Assembly: GCA_030704615.1 (NCBI GenBank)
Contig: CM060731.1
Span: 17,918,001-17,982,000, forward strand
Reading direction: 5' to 3'
DNA: 64,000 bases
DNA from: Takakia lepidozioides
Taxonomy: Eukaryota; Plantae; Bryophyta
The translations under genes and the position numbers were made by a program. Below, piece by piece: positions 53,887 through 64,000 of this stretch (positions are counted from its first letter, which is position 1; each line of letters begins with the position of its first letter). Below the pieces are notes generated by a model, which did not search any database, had not been told where the DNA came from, and saw only the letters and a list, made by a program, of their open reading frames with translations.

Positions 53887-56592
53887 CTAGAGGATAGATT
53901 TTGCTGCACGCTCTGCCACCTCCACATTGCCATAAACTTTGCATGCACCAAGCAACGCTTTCCACACCACGGCATCTGGTTTGATTGACATTTTGTTGAT
54001 GAACTCCTCTGCCTCATCCAACCACCCCGCCCGGCCGAAAAGGTCCACCATGCAGCCAAAGTGCTCCACCGTAGGGGTGAGGCCATGATCTTGACTCAAG
54101 GAATCAAAATAATGTCTACCTTCATCCACTAGGCCCCCATGGCTACATGCAGAGAGAACACCTATAAAGGTGATACTATTTGGCTTCAGCCCTTCCTTTA
54201 GCATTCCTTCAAATAGTTGTAGGGCCTCCCTGTGACAGCCATGCTGTGCATATGCTGCAATCATCACACTCCATGACACCACATTCCGTTCGGCCATACC
54301 GTCAAACACTCCCTTTGCATCCTTGATGCTCCCACATTTGGCATGCATATCCACTAGGGCAGTGTCCAAAATAACATCTGGTACAATCCCAGCTTTCATG
54401 ATGTCAGCATGGACCTCTTTGCCCTTTTCCACGGCTGCTAGGCTGGCACAAGCATTACAAACACAAACAAACGTGACGTGGTTGGGCTTCACCCCTTTTC
54501 GCATCATTTGCTCATAGGTCTCCAAAGCCTCCATCCCACATCCACTCTGGGCATATCCTGTGATCATCGCATTCCATGACACCACATTTCGTTCAGCCAT
54601 ATTTTTGAACACTTCCTTTGCATCCTTGCTGCTCCCACATTTGGCATACATGTCCACGAGGGCAGTGTCCAAAATGATATTTGGAACAATTCCAGCTTGC
54701 AGAATGCCAGCATGGACCTCTTTGGCCTTTTCCAGGGCTGCAAGGCTGGCACATGCATTGCAAATGCCAACAAATGTGGCCTGGTTGGGCTTCACCCCTT
54801 CCCGCATCATTTGCTCATAGGTCTCCAAAGCCTCCATCCCAAACCCATTCTGGGCATATCCTGCAATCATGGCATTCCAAGACACCACATTTCGCTGAGT
54901 CATATTGTCAAACACTCCCTTTGCATCCTGGATGCTCCGACATTTGGCATACATATCCACAAGGGTATTTTCCAAAACAATATCGGGTACAATCCCAGCT
55001 TTCATGATGTCAGCATGAAGCTCTTTGGCCTTTTCCAGAGCTGCAAGGCTGGCACACGCATTGCAAGCGCAAATAAACGTGACACAGTTTGGTTTCACCC
55101 CTTCCCGCACCATTTGCTTATGGGTGTCCAAAGCCTCCATGCCACACCCATGCTGGGCATATCCTGCAATCATTGCATTCCATGAGACCACAGTACGATC
55201 TTTTATATTGTTGAAGACTACCTTTGCATCCTCAATCCTCCCACATTTGGCATACATATCCAAGAGAGCAGTGTCCAGAATGACATCTGGTACGATCCCA
55301 GCTTGCATGATGTCGGCATGGACGTCTTTGCCCTTTTCCAGGTCTGCCAGGTTGGCACATGCCTTGAGAACGCAAATGAACGTGACCTGGTTGGGTCTCA
55401 CCCCTTCCAACATCATTTGTTCATAGATCTCCAAAGCCTCCATCCCACATCCTTTCTGGGCGTATCCTGCGATCATTGCAGTCCATGACACCACAGTTCG
55501 TTCAGTCATACTGTTGAACACTCCCTTTGCATCCTCGATGCTCCCACATTTGGCATACATGTCCAAGAGGGTACTTTTCAAAATGGAATTTGGAACAATT
55601 CCAGCTTTCATGATGTCAGCATGGACCTCTTTGCCCCTTTCCAGGCTTTCCAGGATGGCACACGCCTTGAGAACACAAACAAAGGTGACCTGGTTGGGTG
55701 TCACCCCTTCCCGAGTCAGTTGCTTATAGGTGTCGAAGGCCTCCCCACAATATCCCTGCTTAGCATATCCTGCAATCATTGTATTCCACGTACTCAAACC
55801 TCTTTCAGGCATTATGTCAAAAACTTGGCGTGCATCGACAGCACTCCCACACTTGGCATGCATGTTGACAAGGGTGTTGTATAGAAAGATGTCCGGTTTG
55901 AATCCACTTTGGATAATGTGGGCGTGCACCTGCTTTCCCTCTGCTAGGCCTTTCACCTTGATGCACTCCTGTAAGAGAGAGATATAAGTCTTCGAATTTG
56001 CAGAAATGCCTCCTTGGTTCAAAATCTGCAGCGCCTCTTTCAATTGCCCTGCCTTACATAGTGTTCTCACATCCCTACAACTTTCAAAAGAGTTCGACAT
56101 GGTGGGGTTGCGTGACTTACACAACTGTGCTGTTTTCAATTGCCCATCCACCCATAGAGGGTTTTCGTAGCTACCAATCCATATCTCCTCGTTAGTAGTC
56201 TTGTGCTTGAAATCTCGTCGTCCAGGATGGACCTTTGTGCCTCCATTGTCCCACCATTGACTGGGGTCTGTCAAATAGTCCTCCAACGCCTTCTCCATGC
56301 CTTTAATGCCTCCTTGCTCATCCCCCTGTCTATGAACTTGGTCCTCCTCTACTGCCGTCCACTGCCCCGCAATCGGCTTGAAACTCTTTGAAGCAAATCT
56401 CGATGCAATGCAGTTCGCCGAATGCACAGGGGTCCCGTAGAGAGTGGACAGTAAACACCTTTGTGAAGCTCTGAGAATAGGGCGAGTCTCGCAATCAGCG
56501 TAGCTTCGGGGAGGCTGGAGTGGGCACTCCGAGGTGCCAAGGGAACTTGTGGAGGCTGCCAAGCGCGCAATGCTTATTGTACTCGCTGCCAT
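53887..56592 (-). CDS. Intronless PLS-class PPR protein with transit-peptide-like N-terminus and OSB-type PDF motif (gene 2)
   Basis: ATG at 56592 (MAASTISIARLAASTSS…); LEDYLTDPSQWWDNGGTKVHPGRRDFKHKTTNEEIWIGSYENPLWVDGQL; six L-S-P units plus L2-S2-E1, with a stop at the end of E1. Confidence 0.9.
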   Translation of the reverse strand: MAASTISIARLAASTSSLGTSECPLQPPRSYADCETRPILRASQRCLLSTLYGTPVHSANCIASRFASKSFKPIAGQWTAVEEDQVHRQGDEQGGIKGMEKALEDYLTDPSQWWDNGGTKVHPGRRDFKHKTTNEEIWIGSYENPLWVDGQLKTAQLCKSRNPTMSNSFESCRDVRTLCKAGQLKEALQILNQGGISANSKTYISLLQECIKVKGLAEGKQVHAHIIQSGFKPDIFLYNTLVNMHAKCGSAVDARQVFDIMPERGLSTWNTMIAGYAKQGYCGEAFDTYKQLTREGVTPNQVTFVCVLKACAILESLERGKEVHADIMKAGIVPNSILKSTLLDMYAKCGSIEDAKGVFNSMTERTVVSWTAMIAGYAQKGCGMEALEIYEQMMLEGVRPNQVTFICVLKACANLADLEKGKDVHADIMQAGIVPDVILDTALLDMYAKCGRIEDAKVVFNNIKDRTVVSWNAMIAGYAQHGCGMEALDTHKQMVREGVKPNCVTFICACNACASLAALEKAKELHADIMKAGIVPDIVLENTLVDMYAKCRSIQDAKGVFDNMTQRNVVSWNAMIAGYAQNGFGMEALETYEQMMREGVKPNQATFVGICNACASLAALEKAKEVHAGILQAGIVPNIILDTALVDMYAKCGSSKDAKEVFKNMAERNVVSWNAMITGYAQSGCGMEALETYEQMMRKGVKPNHVTFVCVCNACASLAAVEKGKEVHADIMKAGIVPDVILDTALVDMHAKCGSIKDAKGVFDGMAERNVVSWSVMIAAYAQHGCHREALQLFEGMLKEGLKPNSITFIGVLSACSHGGLVDEGRHYFDSLSQDHGLTPTVEHFGCMVDLFGRAGWLDEAEEFINKMSIKPDAVVWKALLGACKVYGNVEVAERAAKSIL

Positions 56593-57696
56593 GGCTACCC
56601 CTTCTCGAACTGTTGCGCCCTGCGCTGCAACCTTCCAGTGTGTAGGTTGGAAGCTGTTGTACAGAGCCCAGTTAGAGCAGATCTGCTTCCAATAAAAAGA
56701 TGGTCGGTATCCGCTGTCGCTGACCACCCTGATCCAGCCCCTACTGAGGTCCCTTGATTAACCAACAGCAATCGATCTCTCTCTTCCTCTCTCTCGGACA
56801 CATCCATACATAAGAGCTGTGAATTGAACCCAGCCGCTTCAAGGACAGAGGTGTAACGGTAGACTACATATATGTGCCAGCCATGAGACTAACACATTGG
56901 AACATAATCAACTCCTCGGAAAGGGAATTCATCACACACTAATTCCTAAGCTGAATTGCTCCCCAAGACCTAGAAAATGTGCCGGGGAGAGAGAGGATGA
57001 CAATTTCCAGCAAAGCTTGGCATTGCATCTTGTTGTCTGTTTCTCTTTGTAATCTAACCGGCATTATTCACCTTTTTGCCTCGATTGCCCCACCATTGAA
57101 AAGTGTTCATTCCACAGCTTCTCCTCGTCTCTGTTAGCTGTATTGAGATACTTTCGTGCAGCCACATTGGCCGAGGCATGGATAGCTGAAGGAGCAGGGA
57201 TGGAGTGTGGGTCCAGATTCACCCAAGAGAACCGGATTTCAAGCGCAAGATTACCTATGATCCCCTGTGATCGATCTATAGCTACAAGAAACCTGAAGGG
57301 CTAGATGCTCAACTGGTGGCGGCAGTGGCGGCACAATTCATAAAACCAGGCGCTGCTAATGAAGGCACCTTCTTCAACACATTTCAGCAGCCTGTTTTGA
57401 CCCTCTTATCAGAGTTGTCCCTATTTTTTTGTGTTGAACTCTGCAAGTTAGCTCGTTGGGTGGATCTACGGAGATTTGGAGTGATGTTTGACATGTTACT
57501 GCCAATAAGGCGACTGTAGAGTAGCCAAAAACAGCTAACAGAGACGAGGAGAAGCTGCGGAACGCCCCGGAATTGTTTGTAGCCAGGCAATAAATGCCTC
57601 TGCTCCCTGGCTAAAAGGAATTCCGGGGCTACAAAGAATGGAGAAGAAGACGGAAGGAAAGGAACCTGCGTATTAATAGCTCTCCTACTCAGGGGA

Positions 57697-57724
57697 TTAG
57701 GGTTAGGGCTAGGGTTAGGGCTAG
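57697..57724 (+). repeat. Short (T/C)TAGGG array, telo-box-like, upstream of LSG1
   Basis: ttagggttagggctagggttagggctag. Confidence 0.6.
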
Positions 57725-57961
57725 CTCTGAATAACACAGCTACCAGCTGGTAGGTGGGCATCCCTCCTTCCCTCGCTCTTTCGTCTCCACCCACCTCCTG
57801 AGCGGGGTGTAGCTGTTGGTCTCATTTCTGATACGTGTCTCTACTGCGACGCGATTGTAACCTGTGACCTTACTGAAACCCAAAAGAATTAGCATAGTCT
57901 TTGTTGTAGAGAGTTGAGAGTTGAGAAGAAGGGCAAGAGGCAAGGGCAGGTGTGGAGAACC

Positions 57962-60900
57962 ATGGGGCGTAAGCCTAAGGTGACGTTAGGCCCGGGACAG
58001 GCGCTCATCAAGCAGCGCTCTCATGCCACACATCAGCAGAAACATGGTGGCCGGCCTGGAGGTGGCAGAGAAAGCAAGCCTTTGGAATCTATAATTGACG
58101 TCCGTGATCTAGACGAGGTGATGGAGCAGGCAGAGCTGGCTGGACGGATCTTTTCTGCTCTCAACCCACTTCCGGAGCTCCTTGTTACCCCGTATGTTTT
58201 CTGAGACCTCTTCATGTGTGCGTTTCGGGGACTGCTGTAATTCTGAGATTGCATGTTAGACGTCCTAACCTCACGGTCTGCAGTTGAAATGTCGCAGTTC
58301 CTGTTGGAATTGAGATCGAATTTCAGCAACAAGGATTGATCAGTTAGCCCTCGTGTGGGATTCCGCGCTCCCTTGAGTGTTCAAGTTGCCACCCTATGGA
58401 ACAAGAAGTGAATCATAGGTCTGAAAATATGTATGTAAATGTGCTGGAAATATAGGAAACCCTTTGAACGAGGACCAGAGGAAAGAGTAATAGCTGAATT
58501 ATAATCAAAAGTGATGCTAGTTGAGGCGTCCATAGGGACGAAAAAATCAGACATAGAGAGAAGACAACTACTTAGGGCATGGTTGACATCGATTATCAAC
58601 GTCCAGTAGGTGACGGAGCGAGTATGTTGCCCGTGGGTTGGACCAGGTGCTGCAACGAGGGTGTCATTTGTGATAGAATGTGGTAGCCTGCTTGTCTGAT
58701 TTGTAATATAGGGACTTTGGTGGTGCAGAGATACAGACTTAAGCAGCTTGAAAGAGAAAAAGGAGCAGCAGTTAGCAGAGGAAGCTTTGCATCAGTCTAG
58801 TCTTACCATCCCACGAAGGTGCTTTGGTATCCTTTTCGCCTGCCAAAAGATTTGGAGGGGCTTGTTTTGGTGTGAAGATGAAAGTAGGTCTTTCTGTGTT
58901 AGCAGTTATTTGCTGGAAAGGATGCACCACCGTGAGTAAGCATCTGGCCTTGAAGCAACTCAGTATATGATTGCTTGATAGGTAAATTGTTTCCTTCTGG
59001 GAGGGGGTTTGTATCATTGTCTGGATTCTCACAAAGTGACAAATTTTATCTGGCAGCCAAATGGATGATGGTAAGGATGAAGGGAAAGAAGAGAGATTGA
59101 AAGTTGAGGCTTGTGATGAATTGCAGACCTAAATGGCATGCGAGTATGAGTGCCCAAGAGCTGGACGTGCAGGAGCGGCAGTCCTTTTTAACTTGGCGCC
59201 GAGGATTAGCCAGGTGTGCATTATGGTTACTCTATTTCTATGTGTTCTCTACTGGCACCTAGTCACCAAAAACATAGTTATCCAAGTTTTTGTGGGTCTT
59301 TTGGTTTCAACCCGTGGCAGGAAGGAAAATGGATATCCAAGTCTTTTGAGGTGTATTGTGTATCAAGTGGAAGCTCAGATTTAGAGAACCACGAGTCTGG
59401 CTAGGGGGCTGTCAGTGTGGGGAAGGGTTACATGGCAGCCACATATCTGTGATTGATCTTTGGGGATATTCTGCAGACTGGAGGACAATGAGAAGCTGGT
59501 TCTAACACCTTTTGAGAAAAATCTGGATATCTGGAGGCAATTGTGGCGTGTGCTTGAACGTTGTGATTTGGTACAACTCGTTCCTTTTCTTCACCTGTCT
59601 CTGATGTTATGGCCATCTCACTGCTCTCTGAGGTCTGCCATGGACAGGTCACTGGTGAAGGGATCATGTCAAGGGGGGCAAGGGTAAGCGTGTCTGTGTA
59701 CATGAGCTGACCATTGTATTCTGTGTGCCTCAACAGGTGGTAATGGTTGTAGATGCACGGAATCCATTATTCTATCGATGTCCTGATTTGGAGGTGGGTA
59801 TTTGATATTAACTGTTTCAATGATTTTGAACTCTAGCTTTGTCAATCTGAGGATAGTATGTCTGTTAGTTCGATGGGTTGAATTTTTGCAGTGATCTTCC
59901 AACCATGACAAACGTTATTGAACTGAGGTGTTGGGGGAATTGAGCAGGCATATGTGAAGGAGATGGACATCAACAAGAAGACAATGCTGCTGCTCAACAA
60001 GGCCGACCTGTTGCCAAGTGCGATAAGGTGTTTGCTTACTTCTATCCCTTTTTTCACTGTACAAAAGAGGTCTGCTATGCTGAGCATTGCTAATGGACAC
60101 AGCTGTGCCATGTCACTCTCCTTCTTTGGTGCTTACCCAAGAGATGTTTGGTTCTCTTATTGCAACTCGAGACCTTCCATCGTTAATCCCCAAACAAGAA
60201 CCTCATCTATCAAATGCATCATGCAATGGTGTTGATATTAGTCCTGTTTGGTTGTATGAATGTACTTGCACTAGCTGTTACATCAGTTGATTCACCATTT
60301 GTTCTTTGCCACTGCAGTTCCACGTTTTATCTAGGTGGTTAAAAATATTTGTATGGGAATGTTGATGGGAGGTCTGGGTGACAATAACAATCAAAATGTG
60401 GTATGAGATGCAGAGCCAAGTGGGCCCGCTACTTGAAGTCACAGGGCATTTCCTACTTGTTCTGGTCTGCCAAAGCTGCTACAGCTTTGCTTGAGGGTAA
60501 GACTCATAGCGCCACAAGCATACCTGCTTCTAATATTCCTGGAGGACACTCTGAGGAGATGGAGATTGACAATGGTGAGGAGACAGCCATTTTAGGACGG
60601 GAAGACCTTCTGGATCACTTGCAAAAGGAAGCTGAAGAAATTGCAGAAGCTCGGAAAAAAGCATTCCAGACGTTTATCATGCAGCATTCAGATGCCCATG
60701 GTAGCGAAGATGGAGATGACAGGGTCAGTGCAGTAAATAGTGCAGGACGAGTGGTGGTCGGGTTTGTGGGCTACCCTAATGTGGGGAAGAGCTCAACCAT
60801 CAATGCATTGGTTGGAGAAAAGAAAACAGGCGTAACATCCACTCCAGGGAAGACTAAGCATTTTCAGACACTGATAATCAGTGATAGGCTGATGCTCTGT

Positions 60901-61713
60901 GACTGTCCAGGGTTAGTTTTCCCCTCCTTCACCAGCTCTCGATCAGATATGGTTGCTGCAGGTGTGCTTCCAATAGATCGGATGACTGACCATCGTGGAC
61001 CTATTCAGGTGGTTGCGTCACAGGTCCCAAGAGCCACACTGGAGTCTTTGTATGGAATTGTGCTGCCTCCACCAAAGCCATACGAGCCTCAGAACAGGCC
61101 ACCCTTGGCAGCTGAGTTATTAAGGGCATTTGCTCAGTCCCGAGGCCAGGTTGCATCTAGTGGACTTCCTGATGAGACTCGTGCCTCCCGACAGATTTTG
61201 AAAGACTATCTTAGTGGCAAACTTCTTTACTGTCATCTCCCTCCCAATGAGTTACATGATGGCTCTGCAGAGGAGGGGCAACTTACTACTGCTAATGGGA
61301 AAGAAGAGCAGAGTTGCTCAGAAGGAGAAGATTGTACTAGTGAGAGTGATTCAGCTTCAGTTAGTGATGATGGCTCCATGGTAGTAACTTCAGAAATGGC
61401 TACAAGAAGTGAGGGGGAAGAGAGTGGCGTTGCAGGAGCACGGTTTTTGGGGGTTGTCAGTTCAAGCAGTTCCGACTCTAAGTTGCCAGGTGTTTTTAGT
61501 GATCTGGATACATTGAGTCTTGGGTCTGATTCTCAGCGTTCAAAGAATAGAGTCAAGTTAGCAACACATAAGTTGCAAAGGAAGGCTCCTAGAAAGAAGG
61601 ATCGTTCTTGGAGGGTTGGAAACGATGGCTCAGATGGAATGCCCCTCGTTAGGGCAGTCCAGAAACCTGTAAGCTATGGTGCTGCACAAGTTTCTACACT
61701 TACAGCACCTTGA
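57962..61713 (+). CDS. LSG1: Large subunit GTPase 1 (circularly permuted GTPase, 60S biogenesis), multi-exon
   Basis: LTPFEKNLDIWRQLWRVLERCDL, VVDARNPLFYRCPDLE, LLLNKADLL (G4), GYPNVGKSS (G1), TPGKTKHFQT (G2), LCDCPGLVFP (G3). Confidence 0.95.
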
Positions 61714-62720
61714 CGCTCTGTAAACTAGAAACCGTTATAGGTACTATGTTTATTATAGTGGGTTGCACTCACAAAACAGGTTCATCCTTTAACCTTGTAC
61801 AGTGTGATGTCAAACTCAATATGGTCCATCAAGTATATATTGAACTTTGAGCCTGCTCTGAAGAGATTTGACTTGACCTTTTTTGCTTCACTCTGGACGA
61901 GATACAGGTGAAATAGCAGTAAGGCATGCTGTATGACAAGTAATTATGAACGATACCAAAAGTGGTCTGCAACAAGTTTTAGATGGGCTGTGATGAATCT
62001 TAGAGAAGTATGGTTTACAATCTGTCTCAAAGTTGCCTACATTGTTCTGTTCTGTCATTTTTCTGAGTTGGGCACCACACATACAACTTATTAATCATAT
62101 CTGCCAGAATAGATACTATTGCCCTACAAAGCTTGGATCCTAAGGCAATGATGATTGCATTCTTTTACTAGAGAGATGGTGCTGTGTGCGAGTGGAAGTG
62201 GGAGGGAAGCATAGGTACTTAAGATGTAAACATAATTGTATAAAAGGAAGGTTGACTCTTGCTAAAACTCTTGTCAGGTTCCATGGGCACTCCCCCTAGC
62301 CCCCAAGTGAATCACCCCAATTTCAAACCAACCACATTGATTGCTATAGAATACTTTCAAAGAGTGTCCCCATGAGTTGCCCCTTCCGACAGTGGCGAAC
62401 TAAGGAAGGACGATAACAAGGGTGGCATGATTTAAGGAGAGCTTTGTATGTGACTCCACACTTGGGCCAGGATATGCATTCTCATTCAATTTCTGTTGGC
62501 CTCTTGTGGTTCTCAACTTTGAATAGTCTCGAGTTATTGATTTTATCGCTGGCTTCAATCACCTCTTTTGCAAACCTCTCTTGCAAATACACTACACAGA
62601 ATAGAGGTCGCTTGCCGGCAAAGCAACCTAGGGATAATTATGGTATAACTTAATAAATTTAAGACAAGGATCGGCCCTGCTTCACACTATACACTAGGTC
62701 GATGCTTTACATACAATGTG

Positions 62721-64000
62721 CTATTGTCTTTGTGCTAATCCTACCATCCCCCCTCCTCTGCTACCGTTGGTCTGCAATATTTGTAAATTTGTTTTGAAAG
62801 GAGCCCTAGTGGGTGGACTCCTGAGGTGCTTGGATATTTCCAGGGGGCTGGGCTGAGAGCACAGGCAATCTGGGAGTGGGTTGGTATAAAAAGCCTCCTC
62901 GGTGCGTAACCGGTCCCGTCCTTTAGTCCCTTTCATTGGGCCCTTCCGTTTTCGGGGTGCTCCTTGCCTGAGTACCACAGTAAGAAGTGTATACACCCTC
63001 ACACAGTTAGAAATCCTTCACTAGTGATAGTGTTCCCTACTTCAGACCTTCACTGATCTCATGAGCTCCTCCGTGAGTAGCAAGAACTCGGATGCATGCA
63101 TTTGTAGGTGGCCCAAGGAAGTTACCGCACCCTCATTGTTATTTTTAATAGACAAGGCCAAGACCCCAGCACTTCATTTGAAACCATTTCACAGAAAAGG
63201 CAAAGCCAAGAAAAATCCACCCATATTAACTCGTGGTTGCAATACTAATCCAACCAAGCCAGCATGAAGAAGTTGGCGGGCAGATTCACTGAAATCTCCA
63301 AAGAAATAGTATCCAAAGAAAGCAGTGATCCACTGGGAAACACCATTGAGGAGGGAAGGATATTTTAGATTTTAGATTTTGGACTTACCGCCACTGGTGA
63401 ATCTCAGTAATCGACTCTGCAACTTGCCAGCCTTCCTGAAGCTCTCCTCTATCCAGCATGTCAAATAGGGTTACAAGCTCTTTCCTGCCACCATTAAGAG
63501 CCCAAGAAAGTCAATTGTAGGGTACTTCTAGCCAGTGAGGCATGGTAACAGCTATACATGAAGGGGGAGACTGGTCCAAAGATCCCTACCTATCGGGACT
63601 TATTGTTTTCCGGTGTCCAAAGTACCGGCGATGACCCTCCACAGCATGGGCCATGTTCCCTGAGTAGGAAGGTACAAACACGTCACTTTCCACAGAGACA
63701 ATATAGTCCAGGGCTGCCATTTGGGAAGCATGCTTGGCAAATGGTTCCAGTTCCTCGAAAGTTGCTATAGTTTCCTGTGGAACATTATGCCACATGTTAG
63801 AAAAGTACCAGATACATGCAAAGTTGGCAATACAGACACATTCATGGCTACAACAATCGGCTATATCACTTCACATGAGACGTAGCATTGGTGCATGAGT
63901 CCTCTGACCCCCCTAGTCCTATCAGCAAATGGTGCAGACCCTCAGATGTGAGATCAAGAGCGGAACACCCTGTCTCTACCACCTACATTGTATGTTTTAA
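62721..64000 (-). CDS. GT106 / plant O-fucosyltransferase-family glycosyltransferase, 3' exons only
   Basis: [46 protein letters not shown] and [14 protein letters not shown] are family C-terminal signatures. Confidence 0.9.

Noticed and set aside
56813-56840. B-box-like GGTTCAATTC on the minus strand as a tRNA
   Set aside because: No cloverleaf or A-box could be built.

Overview
Gene-dense nuclear DNA from a land plant, most likely a non-seed plant (inferred from GT-AG introns, expanded PLS-PPR genes, a CRE-type retroposon and hAT elements). Host genes in order: PHT4-type anion transporter (partial), TIGR01589 small plant protein, alpha/beta-hydrolase (premature TGA), plastid sigma factor, PLS-PPR gene 1, (6-4) photolyase UVR3, VTE6, an unidentified decayed gene, AMMECR1-like, PLS-PPR gene 2, LSG1 GTPase and a GT106/O-fucosyltransferase-family gene (partial). 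Mobile DNA: a decayed CRE-like non-LTR element, a full-length decayed hAT transposon with TIRs and an 8-bp TSD, a non-autonomous relative with its own TSD, LINE-tail remnants and several long hairpins. The main observation is that both PPR paralogues carry an N-terminal PDF motif, the ssDNA-binding module of organellar OSB proteins (split by an intron in gene 1, intronless in gene 2). Both keep an intact PLS array, and both have lost the E2/E+/DYW deaminase through different lesions. This is a candidate family of ssDNA-binding/RNA-recognition hybrid proteins. All calls were made by eye from the sequence; no database searches were run.
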